A stretch of DNA of 64,000 nt, taken from the NCBI RefSeq assembly GCF_000142905.1, contig NW_013657663.1, positions 469,785 to 533,784 of the forward strand, read 5' to 3'. Made by a program: the position numbers and the translations under genes. Each line of letters starts with the position of its first letter. Position 1 is the stretch's first letter. The notes beneath the pieces are model-generated. The model was not told the DNA's origin. It was given only the letters and a program-made list of their open reading frames with translations, and searched no databases. Below, piece by piece: positions 47,401-57,127 of the stretch. The DNA is from Thecamonas trahens ATCC 50062. Taxonomy: Eukaryota; Protista; Apusomonadida.

Positions 47401-49227
47401 GCACGGCACGTCGATTAGGAGTCGCACTCGAGCCGCAGCGCCATCGCCGGACGAATCGACTGCCCATGTAAACGAGTCGTTGTAGATGCCGCGCTTGAGA
47501 AAGATGGGCGCAACGCTACCAGGGAGCACAACGGGCAAGTCTTCCTCGTCGAGCGGTGTCGTCGTGCCGGGAAGCGCAATGGCGGCGATGGCAGGAAGGC
47601 TCGTGATCGAGTACACCAGCACCGAGCCGGCGTCGACGTCTGCCCCCGGCAGCGCAAAGTCGACCACGCCACTTGCGTACTGCGCCTCCGACTTGAAGAC
47701 AAGCTGGGCGTCGGCAGCCGTGGGCAGGTCGTTGACATCGGTGATGGCGATGGTCAGCTCTTGGATGTTGGGCATGGTGTGGTGCTGGACAAAGACCGAG
47801 CAGGTTGAGGCGGCCTCGTAGTCCTGCGGCGGGAGAGTGACCTCGAACTCGGTGGCCGACGTCCGGGCCCACGCCAGTGGACCGGCGCAAGTGGTGGACG
47901 CGTCGATGACAAGATCGCCAGACGGCGCGGCGCCAATGAGAGTAAAGGTGAATGGGGCGTTTTCCGGCGTTGTCTTGGTCAGCGGGAGCGAGTCAAAGAT
48001 GGCGTGCATGCCGGTGATAGTACCGTTGGGCTTGTACACAAATGCGGCCGGCGGAAACGCGGGGTTGACCGAGGCCACGACTTCAAAGTAGCCGACGCGC
48101 GAGGGGATGACTACTACAGCATTGCCGTTTCCGGAGAGGATGGCTGGTTGCGGGGCGCCAACCAGGTCGCCTGTGGCTGGATCGACAACTTGCAGAATAA
48201 GCGAGAGCGGGCCATGGGCACCTGGTCCAGCACTGTTGACGATGCTGATGGTGACAAGCTTGCTGCCACCGGCCTTTGGCGTCGATGCCGAGAATGGCGA
48301 GCCGCTCAGGTATGGCGTAGGGAGTATATCTAGCACGGATGAGTGGAGCGTGTCGAGCTCGGGCTCGGTCAAGGCGTGGTCGTGCATGATGACGCCGAAC
48401 AGGAGGCCTTCAAAGCAGCGAAAGGTGTCGATGGCGGTAAAGGCGTTGCCACCGAGGGTCACGTTCCAAACCGAGTCTGTGATGCCGACGTATGAGTCGT
48501 TGAAGACCGAGGCAGCGTTGAGCATGTCGATCTTGAAAATATAGTCGGAGCCGCCGTCCCCGTTGTCGAGGTTGATCGAGTATGACGCCACGTGGACGGC
48601 GGTGTCATCGACACGGTAGGCCGGGATGTCTGTTGAGCGAAACTCCATTTCACCTGATCCAGAGCGGCCGATGCCAGTGGCGAGATATCCGCCACCCATC
48701 GACATGCCCCAATCGCCACAGTATCCACAGGCATCGTTGGAGATGATGTGTCCGCGTGCATGCCACTGAGCCGGCGGCGGACCGTTGTTGCCGGTGTTTG
48801 TGGAAAAGACGATGGAAAAGGTGATGGCTGACTTTCCGGCCAGCGGGTTGTCGCCCGGCACCATGAACATTTTGTTGCATGCCGCCGGTCCTGTAAAGTG
48901 CAACGCGCTGATGACTGTTGAGCCTGGGAAGGAGACATTGCGGAGAATGGCTGGAGTAGTGCCAAGGCCTGGTGCAGAGAACGGGATGCCGGACACTGAG
49001 TCGATCCATGTGGTGATGGGGTCGTTGATCGGACCAGATGGAGCGGTCCATCGTGCGACGACTGTGATGGCAGGGGGAAGGGAGTGAGTGGCTGTCAGGT
49101 AGTTTGGGGGCGAGGAGGTGGGAAGGGACGGCGACGTACGTGCACCCGAGGCGGTTCTTGTCACGAGGGCGAGTGCCAGAACGACGAGCAGGTTGAGATG
49201 TGTACGACGACGAGCAAGGGCAGACAT
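44434..49227 (-). CDS. Large membrane protein: signal peptide, LamG/ConA-like domain, cadherin/Ig-like modules, Cys-rich repeats, ~9-TM FLC/TRP-like domain, cytoplasmic Ig-like repeats
   Basis: Signal peptide from ATG 49227. LamG-like FEG....V.MHDHALT..E, cadherin-like ITDVNDLPT, and the same TM motifs as the two FG-GAP genes (VQVLAII..F.LKWP, QPEC, KFGLLYRRYRPQWYGWEV...RK, KPY...NNLE). The extreme C-terminus may be frameshifted at 44638-44643. Confidence 0.88.
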   Translation of the reverse strand: MSALARRRTHLNLLVVLALALVTRTASGARTSPSLPTSSPPNYLTATHSLPPAITVVARWTAPSGPINDPITTWIDSVSGIPFSAPGLGTTPAILRNVSFPGSTVISALHFTGPAACNKMFMVPGDNPLAGKSAITFSIVFSTNTGNNGPPPAQWHARGHIISNDACGYCGDWGMSMGGGYLATGIGRSGSGEMEFRSTDIPAYRVDDTAVHVASYSINLDNGDGGSDYIFKIDMLNAASVFNDSYVGITDSVWNVTLGGNAFTAIDTFRCFEGLLFGVIMHDHALTEPELDTLHSSVLDILPTPYLSGSPFSASTPKAGGSKLVTISIVNSAGPGAHGPLSLILQVVDPATGDLVGAPQPAILSGNGNAVVVIPSRVGYFEVVASVNPAFPPAAFVYKPNGTITGMHAIFDSLPLTKTTPENAPFTFTLIGAAPSGDLVIDASTTCAGPLAWARTSATEFEVTLPPQDYEAASTCSVFVQHHTMPNIQELTIAITDVNDLPTAADAQLVFKSEAQYASGVVDFALPGADVDAGSVLVYSITSLPAIAAIALPGTTTPLDEEDLPVVLPGSVAPIFLKRGIYNDSFTWAVDSSGDGAAARVRLLIDVPCDNGRTPTNDDGTCICPSGFFVNITDGCESCREGTFYTYQAVADPCDPCPVGGYCAGGLTVPVPDNGFGYGDDKANSTNFVPCRPPAVCVRGGNCRAGSIGFLCSDCVPGFYKDKGLCEPCPSTAPILLTVLFLLMVALAVLLVKLARKSAAYFTGMAVGFNFVQVLAIIGEFDLKWPGFVQATFRALSVFAFNINVFQPECAFAGGAVDYFPIWLFKLSIPFMFLVLFGGFLICLTLYKRVRASISEVQHPWLAKLPLVTRATAVLLRNASINAFVTVLMMCYLVLLSVTFEVFDCVSGAMVKAPDVVCGSREWRKYLAVGLSAMVLYGIGIPLLFSTILYWHRLSLFQELTIVKFGLLYRRYRPQWYGWEVIILARKLGVVVGILVFNSVLPQALIALFSLIGGLIAQILVKPYLTTRVNNLEIIHLACSAFVVACGLILFGTSKSGDEAGTTFVGVLVVLVIAANVCFIGLVVFLELRYQYRRIQRGVQAGFASDEVVLDERFFKLGFRVRHHERNLLGTVSSLALSSAPGIQLRAELCDGNGALLSAFDGRSTTMVQTDGTLHNIVSVFTRVGRFQLKIFAWSLDEEMYLANSVYDEHKIASTASTPDLLNEAQPMPAATAQADSRSLLDVLTCQERSTIRKPIMSYHMNCDAPPQAVVQFALRSPRMVDESGVVLYPRFYELSRFIPHQFSIRVPHAVGLVVAASEPRLLSDGVELQRNDDDGGIFSGSVAFTDPGPVHVWGQYLVPAAQVGENELPCTFAKLVSYEVLEGRVGWEDIDNEDARIIDRLCEGNNVEMHAVLEADLSTTDPPILAELFHAKRGLLYLPKTQSLPFASGGVHLELRLPSAVDIRLAVERPTTDADGVPFFRRADGVQIADATWEQLGGVQSGTAVCVWAAFADLVGYADSPSPRAPEPPAWALPSSKAPTLRKTRCWRRRSTRPHLRLQMRLPPCSRPRRSPRRAPGTPRRKSLAHPSPKFPAMSR

Positions 49228-49587
49228 GGTGCGCACTTTTTGGAGGGAGGAGGGGGAGGGGGAGGGATTGCCTTGCCTCGGCGCGTGCGTGACCGGAAGC
49301 ACGCGTCGCTTGCGAAGCGCACGGGACGGGCGTGGAGGCGTTGGGGATGGAAGTGAGGGAAAGGAGAGGAGGGACAAGAGGAGGGGTGGAGTGAAGGAGA
49401 TGAATGAGTGTAAAGGTGGGGTAGTTGTTGAGTGGATGTCGAAGGAGGGCTGAGTTTGCGGACGGAGGGGAGGTAGGTGGCCAGCAGCGGGCAGCGGCGG
49501 TGGAGCGATGCGGGGCGGGGCGGTGGAAAAAAAAGGTTGCGGTGATGGCCATAGCAGTCGAGAGCTCTGCATGTCGGAGGATGATTG

Positions 49588-51117
49588 TTATGGAGTGGCG
49601 GTGAGGGATGCAATGTGGGATATTGTAGAGGTGATGACGCGGTGGGCGGTCTCCCAGGCCGAGTCGTCGCCAGGCGGGGCGGCGAGGCCATCCTTGCATG
49701 ATTTGACAAGAAGAGCGGCAAAGCGCTTGATGAAAGCGCCCTGATCATCGTCGACAACCGCGACAAAGCCCTGCAATGAGGCGAGAGTGTCACGGAGTTC
49801 GTCACGAAGCTCTGCACGGGAGACGATGCGGGCGTCGATGAGAGCGGCGAGCGAGTGGAGGGCGGCCTTGACAGCGGCAGTGTTGGCGGCGACGATCGAG
49901 TTGGCGACCTCGTCAATGTCATCATGCAGCAACGTTACTGACGAGGAGGTGGCTGCAGTGGGGAGCTCGCTCCACTCGTCGTCGTCATCCGAGTCATCAA
50001 ACGGCGAGGAAGCAGCTGCAGTGGCATCATAGCCATGATAGTACGAGGCGACTGAGAGCGGCGAATCGCCGGGAGTCGGGGTGAGCGGCGGCGGAGCGGC
50101 GAGTGAGGTCGGCTCGTCAAAGTCGTCGGGCGGCGGCGGCGGGATGCGCGGCTCGACGGCAGAGAGAGGCTCCGCTGGAACGGATGCGCTTGTCTCGCCC
50201 TGATCAAGGCGAGCGCGGAGGGCACGGAGGCCGTTATCGCGGGAGGACGGCTTGTGGCGCCGCGACGGCTTGGGTGGCGGTTGGCCGAGCGATGGGGGGC
50301 GAGTAGGCCCCATGTCGGCATTAGAGTCGTGCGGAGGAGCGGCCGAGTCAGCGTCGGCCGAGTCAGCATCGGATGTTGGCGGCGTGTCAGCCTGGTCGTC
50401 GGCATCGGTTTCTCAGGCACGGCGGGATTGATGCGGGCGACGCCGGCGTGGAGCTCTTCGGGACGGATGGACGAGTGGTAGATGGACTGGATGAGGGCAA
50501 CGCCTGGATGGCGGCGGGCCTTGACCGACCGCAGATCGCGAAGCCACTTGCGCTTTGTGTTGGGCGAGTCGGCCATGAGGCGATACTCTTTGCCATTGGC
50601 GACGTTGGTGATGAGGATGAGATCTGTGTAGCGCGAGTCGTCCTCCCCATCGGCTACCAGTAGATCGCACATGTAGATGGCGTTGCGGACAGTGTACTGA
50701 TACTTGCGACGGAGCACGTTGGGCTTTGCCCACACCAGCGCGTTGTCGAACAAATAGAACCGGCGTTCCTGCACCTTGCGCCCGTTGTCCCCGATCTTGA
50801 TCAGGTCTCCTTCGCGGACAAAGACGCGCTCATGCAGATCGATCTCCTACAAAGCGCCAGAGGGTAATGAGTGGTGTCATAGTTGTATGTGTACGTAGTT
50901 ATGTGTGTGTGTGTGGGGGGGGGGAGGGACAGCAGACGGACGGGAGACGTACCTTGAGACGATCAACTTGAGTAAGAAGAGATTGTACCTTGCGGGAGTT
51001 TCTCAGCGCCATACTCCTAGCCTCCTTGAGTCTATCATCGGCATCCATATCCATGATAGCATCCAACTTTTTCTTTCTCCCTGCCTCTCCCACAAGTATG
51101 CCCTCGCGTGTAGCCAT
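49588..51117 (-). CDS. PH-domain protein (Dbl-family-type PH) with Pro/acidic linker and helical C-terminus; intron 50847-50952, apparent frameshift ~50410
   Basis: AAG|GTACGT...TGTAG|GAG joins MATREG...DRLK to EIDLHERVFVREGDLIKI...QERRFYLFDNALVWAK...KRKWLRDL. The downstream ORF 49588-50313 extends upstream in frame to ~50411. Confidence 0.78.
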
Positions 51118-51526
51118 ACTGTGGCCAGCAGAGGGACGGGGCGGCCGACTGCTTTTCAGGTGTGGCGGTGTTGTTTGCGGTGGTGGAGGGGAAGGACGGT
51201 AAGGGTGGGGAGTGGGAAGTGGGGAGTGGGAGCGGGAGAGGAAGAGAGGTCAAGGGAGTGTGTGAATGAGTGAGAAGTATGTGATAGGTATGTGTTTGCG
51301 GTGGTGGTGGCGGCAGTGGTGGTGGTGGTGGTGGTGGTGGCGGTGGTGTTGATGGTGCGGGGGAGGGGGTGCGGTGGTTGAACCTCGGTTGGCGGCGGGG
51401 CGGGTTGCCGTGCTGCGACTGCCTGTTGTAACCGTCAGCGGCAGCGGCAGCGGCAGCGGCTGTGGCAATGACGGCGACGGCGACGGCGACGACGACTGCG
51501 ACACCACTTGTCTTTGGTTGGAACTC

Positions 51527-52897
51527 ATGGACAGTGGTTGCAAAGAGGGGGTAGATGTCGATGTGACGGATTATGTGGTGGTGAGGGCGGAGACGGGCGG
51601 ATGCGAGGTGGCGGAGGAAGTCCTGCAAAGGCCAGGTGGTGTGCTGGTGGGGCATGCGGACGACGCCGAGAGTGGTGATCATGGCGGTGATGGAGAGCAA
51701 GAACAGGAAATCGGCACTGTTGAGAAGGAAGAGAAAACAGGCAGCGAGTCTTTGGAGACGCCGCCGGCAAAGAAGGAGAAGCGCAAGCCGCTGCCGCGGG
51801 TCTCAGCCTCACCAGGGGTCATCCGGTCGGTGGACGATGCGCAGCCGCTCGGCACGGCACACGCTAGCGGGTGGGACTGGGACTTTGGAACTCTGGGCGG
51901 TGGCCTGCGGCCTGTGGCGCGGGCGCTCGCGCGTGGTGTGGTGCGGATCTTTGCCACGTACGCGTCGTCAACGTCGCACTGCGAAGGCTACCCGTGCCAC
52001 TCGCGATCATCGCTGGCCGGCTCCGGCGCGGTTGTGGCGGTTGTCGCGCACAACGACCACCCGGGCGAGGTTGATGTGTATGTGGCAACAAATAATCACG
52101 TGGTGCCAAGCAAGCACTCGGGGCTCAAGCTCAAGCGGGTGGAGGCGACAGCGGGTGTGTACGCGCCCAAGGAGCGCGACGGACAGTATCCGCGATGCCT
52201 TAAGCTCTCGTCGCACACCAAGGTATCATCGTGGCTCGGCAGCGCGTCGCGGGCGGCAGAACTGACACGTGCAGCCGATGTGGCATTTCTCAAGTGCAGT
52301 TTTCCCGAGTTTATGGCCGCGGCGCTGCTTGTGCCGCTGACCCCGGCCGGCGGAAGCGGCGTCGGCGACGAGCTCGTCGGCGTCGGCTATCCGGGCTCGG
52401 CAGTCCTCGGCTACGCCTTTGACAGCATGTTCAAGCCATATCAGCGGACCGCAGTCCATGGCGCAGCCGTGAAAGCGTCGGAGCCGGACGCTTTTGCCCA
52501 CACTGCACCGTGCAAGAAGGGCCTCTCCGGGATGCCGATGGCATCGGCGGCGCTCCCGCCGGGCACCTTTATCGGAGTCCATCGCGGGCGGCAAGAGGTG
52601 CGCAACGGCGCCGCAGGAACGAGCGACCAGCCGACAGCCAACGCCGGTATATCGGTCACTGCTCCGACCTTTGCCTGTGGCCTGCTCTCGTACGTTGGCC
52701 TTCCAGTTGTCCGCGCCTCGGGCAGCGAGTACGACCGCGCTGATGTGGCCGAGGTTGTGGGTCGACTCGACCCGTTCTTCACCGCCTCGAGCGAGATCCT
52801 CTCTGCCAGCTGTGGCAAGCAGTGGAGGGCGTGGAAACGGGCGGTTGCGGACGTGCAAGTCGAGTCGCGGAGCGAGGAGCAGCAGGCACGGCAATGA
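51527..52897 (+). CDS. Trypsin-like (PA clan, Trypsin_2-type) serine peptidase domain protein
   Basis: GSG.V, ATNNHVV (His), DVAFL (Asp), VGYP, KGLSGMP (Ser), IGVHRG. Acidic N-terminus, no signal peptide. Start uncertain. Confidence 0.78.
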   Translation: MDSGCKEGVDVDVTDYVVVRAETGGCEVAEEVLQRPGGVLVGHADDAESGDHGGDGEQEQEIGTVEKEEKTGSESLETPPAKKEKRKPLPRVSASPGVIRSVDDAQPLGTAHASGWDWDFGTLGGGLRPVARALARGVVRIFATYASSTSHCEGYPCHSRSSLAGSGAVVAVVAHNDHPGEVDVYVATNNHVVPSKHSGLKLKRVEATAGVYAPKERDGQYPRCLKLSSHTKVSSWLGSASRAAELTRAADVAFLKCSFPEFMAAALLVPLTPAGGSGVGDELVGVGYPGSAVLGYAFDSMFKPYQRTAVHGAAVKASEPDAFAHTAPCKKGLSGMPMASAALPPGTFIGVHRGRQEVRNGAAGTSDQPTANAGISVTAPTFACGLLSYVGLPVVRASGSEYDRADVAEVVGRLDPFFTASSEILSASCGKQWRAWKRAVADVQVESRSEEQQARQ

Positions 52898-52996
52898 AAC
52901 GAGAGCTTGGCCAGCGGCCGAGCTGGGCTGACCTCCCTACTTGACTTCCTTCGCGCGGTCACAGTGCCTCTCGCTACAGCAGCCGAGGGAGCGAGC

Positions 52997-55352
52997 ATGT
53001 CAGAAAGCCCGGTGTCGCCAAGGTCGGAGCCATTGTCCCCTCCGGCAACACCGCCACAGGCGACAGCAAGTACAGAGAGGGAGGCGCTGACGCTCTCGAC
53101 AGGGAGCGTGCGGTATGAGTTGGAGGCGCTCAACTCGCCGCTGCCGTCGCCGGCCCGGGCAAGAATGTCAGGCGCGTGGGTGAACCGGCTGTTTGGAGAG
53201 TATGTGAATGGTGATGGTGCTGAGGTCCGTGGTGTGTTTGCAGGGACAATGCTTGTGGGATCGCGGCAAGAGTACGGCGATGTGGTGGTGGTTGCCGGCG
53301 GGGTGGCGTTCGTGGCGGCGCGGCGGCCGGCGAGCGACTCGGTCTTTGTCCCGGCTGGGCAGATTCTGGCGTGCGATGCCAATGCCATGGCCGATACACA
53401 TCGACCGATCACCTCGCTTGTGCTGCTAACCGCTGATGGCGCCGAGTACATCTTTGCGCCTGTTGCGCACCCCGAGCGAGCTGAGGAGCTCATCCGCTCG
53501 GCGATGGAGACGGCCGATGCGAACGGCAGCGTCGTGCCGTATCCGCAGAGCCCGGTCCGAGGCAATGGACCGGATGTGGACGATGACGCCTCACTTGCAC
53601 TTGCGCTCGCGCTTCAGAACGAGGGATCGCCGTTCGGGTTGCGGTCGCCGGTGCGACAGACAGAAACCCGGAGTCAGACGAGGGGAGTGGCGCGGGCACC
53701 GACAGGCTTTCCCAAAGGCCTCGCGTGCTACTCTTCGGTGGTGGCGGACATGCCTGGGCTGGAAGTGGCAGACAAGATTGTGTTGCCGGCGTCTGTCCTG
53801 AGCGAGCTTGTCGAGCTCGAGGTGGAGGCGAGGCCGTACGCGTTCCGTCTGGCCAAGCCCGACGCTAGCGGGCTGTTTGGCAAGCGAACCCATGCGGGAG
53901 TGCTCTCGTTTACGGCGCCCGAGGGCACGATGTACCTTCCGTACTGGATGATGGCGAATTTGGAGGTGGACGAGGGCGAAGAGCTGCAGCTCCAGCTAGC
54001 GACGCTGCCGAAAGGTCGCGGAGTGCAGCTGCAGCCTGTCGAGGCCGAGTGGCTTGACGTGGCGGCCGAGCTCCGTGAGGCGGTGCTCCTCGATCAGCTC
54101 TCACGGCTGCAGTGCCTCACGCAGGGCGACGCGATCATGTTGCGGTGCGGAGCGCAGCTGTTTGGGTTCAACGTTGTGGCGACGGATCCGTCGCCGGCGA
54201 TCTCGATTGTCGACACCAATCTGGTCACCGACGTCCTCGCTCCGATCAACCCGCCAGCGACGCCCGAGCCAACGCTCCTTCCGGGCAAGGTTATGGTCGG
54301 CGAGGTGGATGCCGGTGAGTACGCGTACTTTGCGTTCAAGGTTGTGCATCCGCATGGATTTGAGCTCGAGGCTGTGCCTGCGCCGGGCTCCTCGGGCGAC
54401 CCGGACTTGTACGTCTCGAACGTGGTGCGCAAGCCGACTCGCGCTCACTTTACTTGGTCAGGCGTCCAAGTCGGGGCGGGGAAGATCCGGGTTACCAGCG
54501 AAGACCCGTCTTTTGCGATCGGGACGTACACGGTAGGCGTGACGAGTTTGGAGGCCGCAGCGGCGTTTGAGCTCAAGTACACACCTCTCGACGCGGTGGC
54601 AGCCACAGCTGCAGCTGCAGCGGCAGCGGATAGAGGTGCGGGCAAGGCTGGACCGTCAGGCTCAGGCTCTTGCACAGACGATGCTGCCGGCGAGACTGAC
54701 GAGTGTCCCCATGCGGGCGGCGGGTGCGGCGAGCTATCTTTATGATGCACGAGGTGCAGTGCGGGAGGCGCAACGCGCGATGCAGCGAGTGCGGGGTGTT
54801 GTTGGCGTGGGTGCACTGTCGAAGCACATGATTCTCGAACACACCGTGCTGCGGTGCGAGTGCGGAGCGGAGCTGCAGCAGGACGAGCTAGCGGCACATC
54901 GGCGGACCGAGTGCCCCAACAGGCTTGTCGCGTGCTGGTACTGCCCACTATCTGTGGCGGGCTACGAGTTTGAAAGCCACGTCGAGTCGTGCGGGGCGCG
55001 GACGACGCGGTGTATGCGGTGCGGGTGCGACGTGGTGCGGGCGACGATGGGCTCGCACCTTGTCATCGACCATGGCCTCGATCCGTCGGAGACCAACGTG
55101 CGCGAGGAGCTGGTGGCGGCGGCGACACAGCCGTCCGGGTTCACGCCGTCGATGGGCGGGTTTGGTGGCGGTGGGGCCGGACCGGCGTTTACAGAGCCGG
55201 CTACGGAACCGGTGCCCGAGCCGGCGCCAGTGCCGGCGCCGGCGACGCCCACGACGGCGGTATATTCGTGTCCGATGTGCGGGACGCGCGAGAACTCGTT
55301 TGATGCACTCTCGGCCCACTTTGTGGCGTTTCACGCAGACCTGGCGGCGTAG
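52997..55352 (+). CDS. UFD1-like multidomain protein (GRAM-like, UIM-like, UFD1, PPC-like beta-sandwich, TRAF-type Zn fingers, C2H2 finger); two apparent frameshifts at ~54712 and ~54795
   Basis: DKIVLPAS.L, THAGVLSFTAPEG..YLPYWMM.NL, LPKG...LQP and CLTQGD are UFD1 motifs. GDPDLYVS. Fingers CPH[C]GRRV..FMMHEVQC.R.N.RC.EC, CECG...H...CPNRLVACWYC, H...CGART.RC..C. Terminal CPMC...H...H. Confidence 0.85.
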
Positions 55353-55379
55353 CGCGGAACACAGCGAGTGGTAAAGTGG

Positions 55380-56269
55380 CTAGAGGTGGTCCCAGTCGTG
55401 CTCGTCATCGTGCTCATCAAGCCTGATATCAGCGTCGCCGTGGGCCGACGCCGGGCGCGGGGTGCAGAGGCCACGGGCGCAGCGGGGGCAGTCCTCGCTG
55501 CACTCGGAAGATGAGAGACACGGTGCATTGCATGGCTTGCGCGGGAGGCAGAGCTTGGAGCGGAGGTCGCACACTGGACAGGCGTGCGGATCGCAGTCTG
55601 CCGACGAGGCACAGGGCGCGCCACAGGCGGCCGGTGCCGTGCAGGCATGGTCGACACACTTGGTGCATGCATCAGACGAGGCATGGCGGACATGTTCCAT
55701 CGTCCCGCCACCACACATATCGTCATTGAGACAAAAGCCGCCACAGTCTTGCGGCTTACGGCAGATCGGCTGAGCGCCGTCGGCAGTGGCAATGCACGCG
55801 CCACATGGAGCGCTGCAGTAAGCGTGATCAGGACAGACTGAGCCACAGTGGCCAACCGCCGGCCGACAGACTGCAATGCCCGAGACAAGCGGGACGCAGA
55901 CCGGGCAGGCCGACGAGCAAGCGCGAGCGAGGCTCGGGTCGCAACGCTGAGAACAAGTAGGCGGGGTGGTGCAGGCCCCGTCGACGCACAAAGAGCACGG
56001 TTCGTCATCGTCGGCGGGCCCGGGAGGCGTGATGGACTGAGATCCACTAAGAATACCCTCGGACGTCACATGGGCATATCTGTCTTCTCCCTCAACGCTT
56101 GCATCGGCCTCAGCATCAGCCACCGACCGAGTTGTCGTTGTGCGGCGCTGCGGGCATTCGTCCGACGATGAGCATGGCGAGTCGCAGGCCGTTGTGCTTG
56201 CGGCGGTGGAGGGGAGAAGAACAGCAACGAGGAGAACAAGGGGAGAAGAAGGGCGAGGGGAAGGCGCAT
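55380..56269 (-). CDS. Secreted Cys-rich protein with tandem 6-Cys (knottin-like) repeats; apparent frameshift at 56240-56243
   Basis: Repeats CGAPCASSADC...CPVC, CNAPCLSSSECSEDCPRC and CGSVC....CSAPCGAC. One extra C restores the signal peptide MRLPLALLLPLVLLVAVLLPSTAA from ATG 56269. Confidence 0.75.
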
Positions 56270-57127
56270 GTGCGTGTGTGTCTGTGTCTGTGTCTGTGGA
56301 GTGCGGAGTGGGGAAGTGAGGTGTGGAGTGCGGCGAGGGCGTGGGTCGAGGACAGGCTGGGCAGGCTGGGCGGCCGGTGGCGCACAGTCGGCCCCAAAGG
56401 AGCGGGAACGCACCCACCCATCCTTTTGACGACGATGCGACGAGGACGGCGGCGGGCCCTCATTGGGCGCCCAATCTTTGCCTTGATCTCGGTTGTACGT
56501 CAGCGCGCAGCGGCAGGTCATCGCGGGCGACTCCGCCAATCGGCAAGATGTGTGGACATAGATGGTCAGGCCGTCGAGGCAGTGGAGCGACCAATCGACA
56601 TGCAACTAGGACGTTGATGTGTTGATGTTCGAATGGGGGGAGGTGTTGATGGCGAGTGGATGATGTGGATTGCTATATCCCTCTGGTGATGACGAGGGAC
56701 TCTGAGACAGCGGCAGCTGCGCAACGTCGAGGCTCGCAACGTAGCGCTCGAGACTTGGGCTGCGCGTGCGGAACAATGCGGCGATACGCGGACTGCAGAC
56801 GAAGCTCGAAGAGAGCCAGGCAGCAGCGGCGAGACGGATCCGTGAGCTGGAGCACTCGGCCGCGGACGAGCGCGAGGCAGATGAGCGGTTAGGAGAGGAG
56901 CGGGATGCGCTGCAGCGCCGATGCGGTCATGCTGCGGTCTGAGCAGATGCGGGCGGCGCAGGAGAAGCATATGATTTCCGTTTGGGACGGCCAGGCCACC
57001 CAGCGACCGCCATGGCATATTTCGACTCCCACACACACGCACACAGGAAGCAGTGGTGGTGATGGCAAGCAGACACTTTTCTTGTAGTAGTAGTAGTAGT
57101 AGTAGTACCAGTAGCGGCTGTTTCAAC

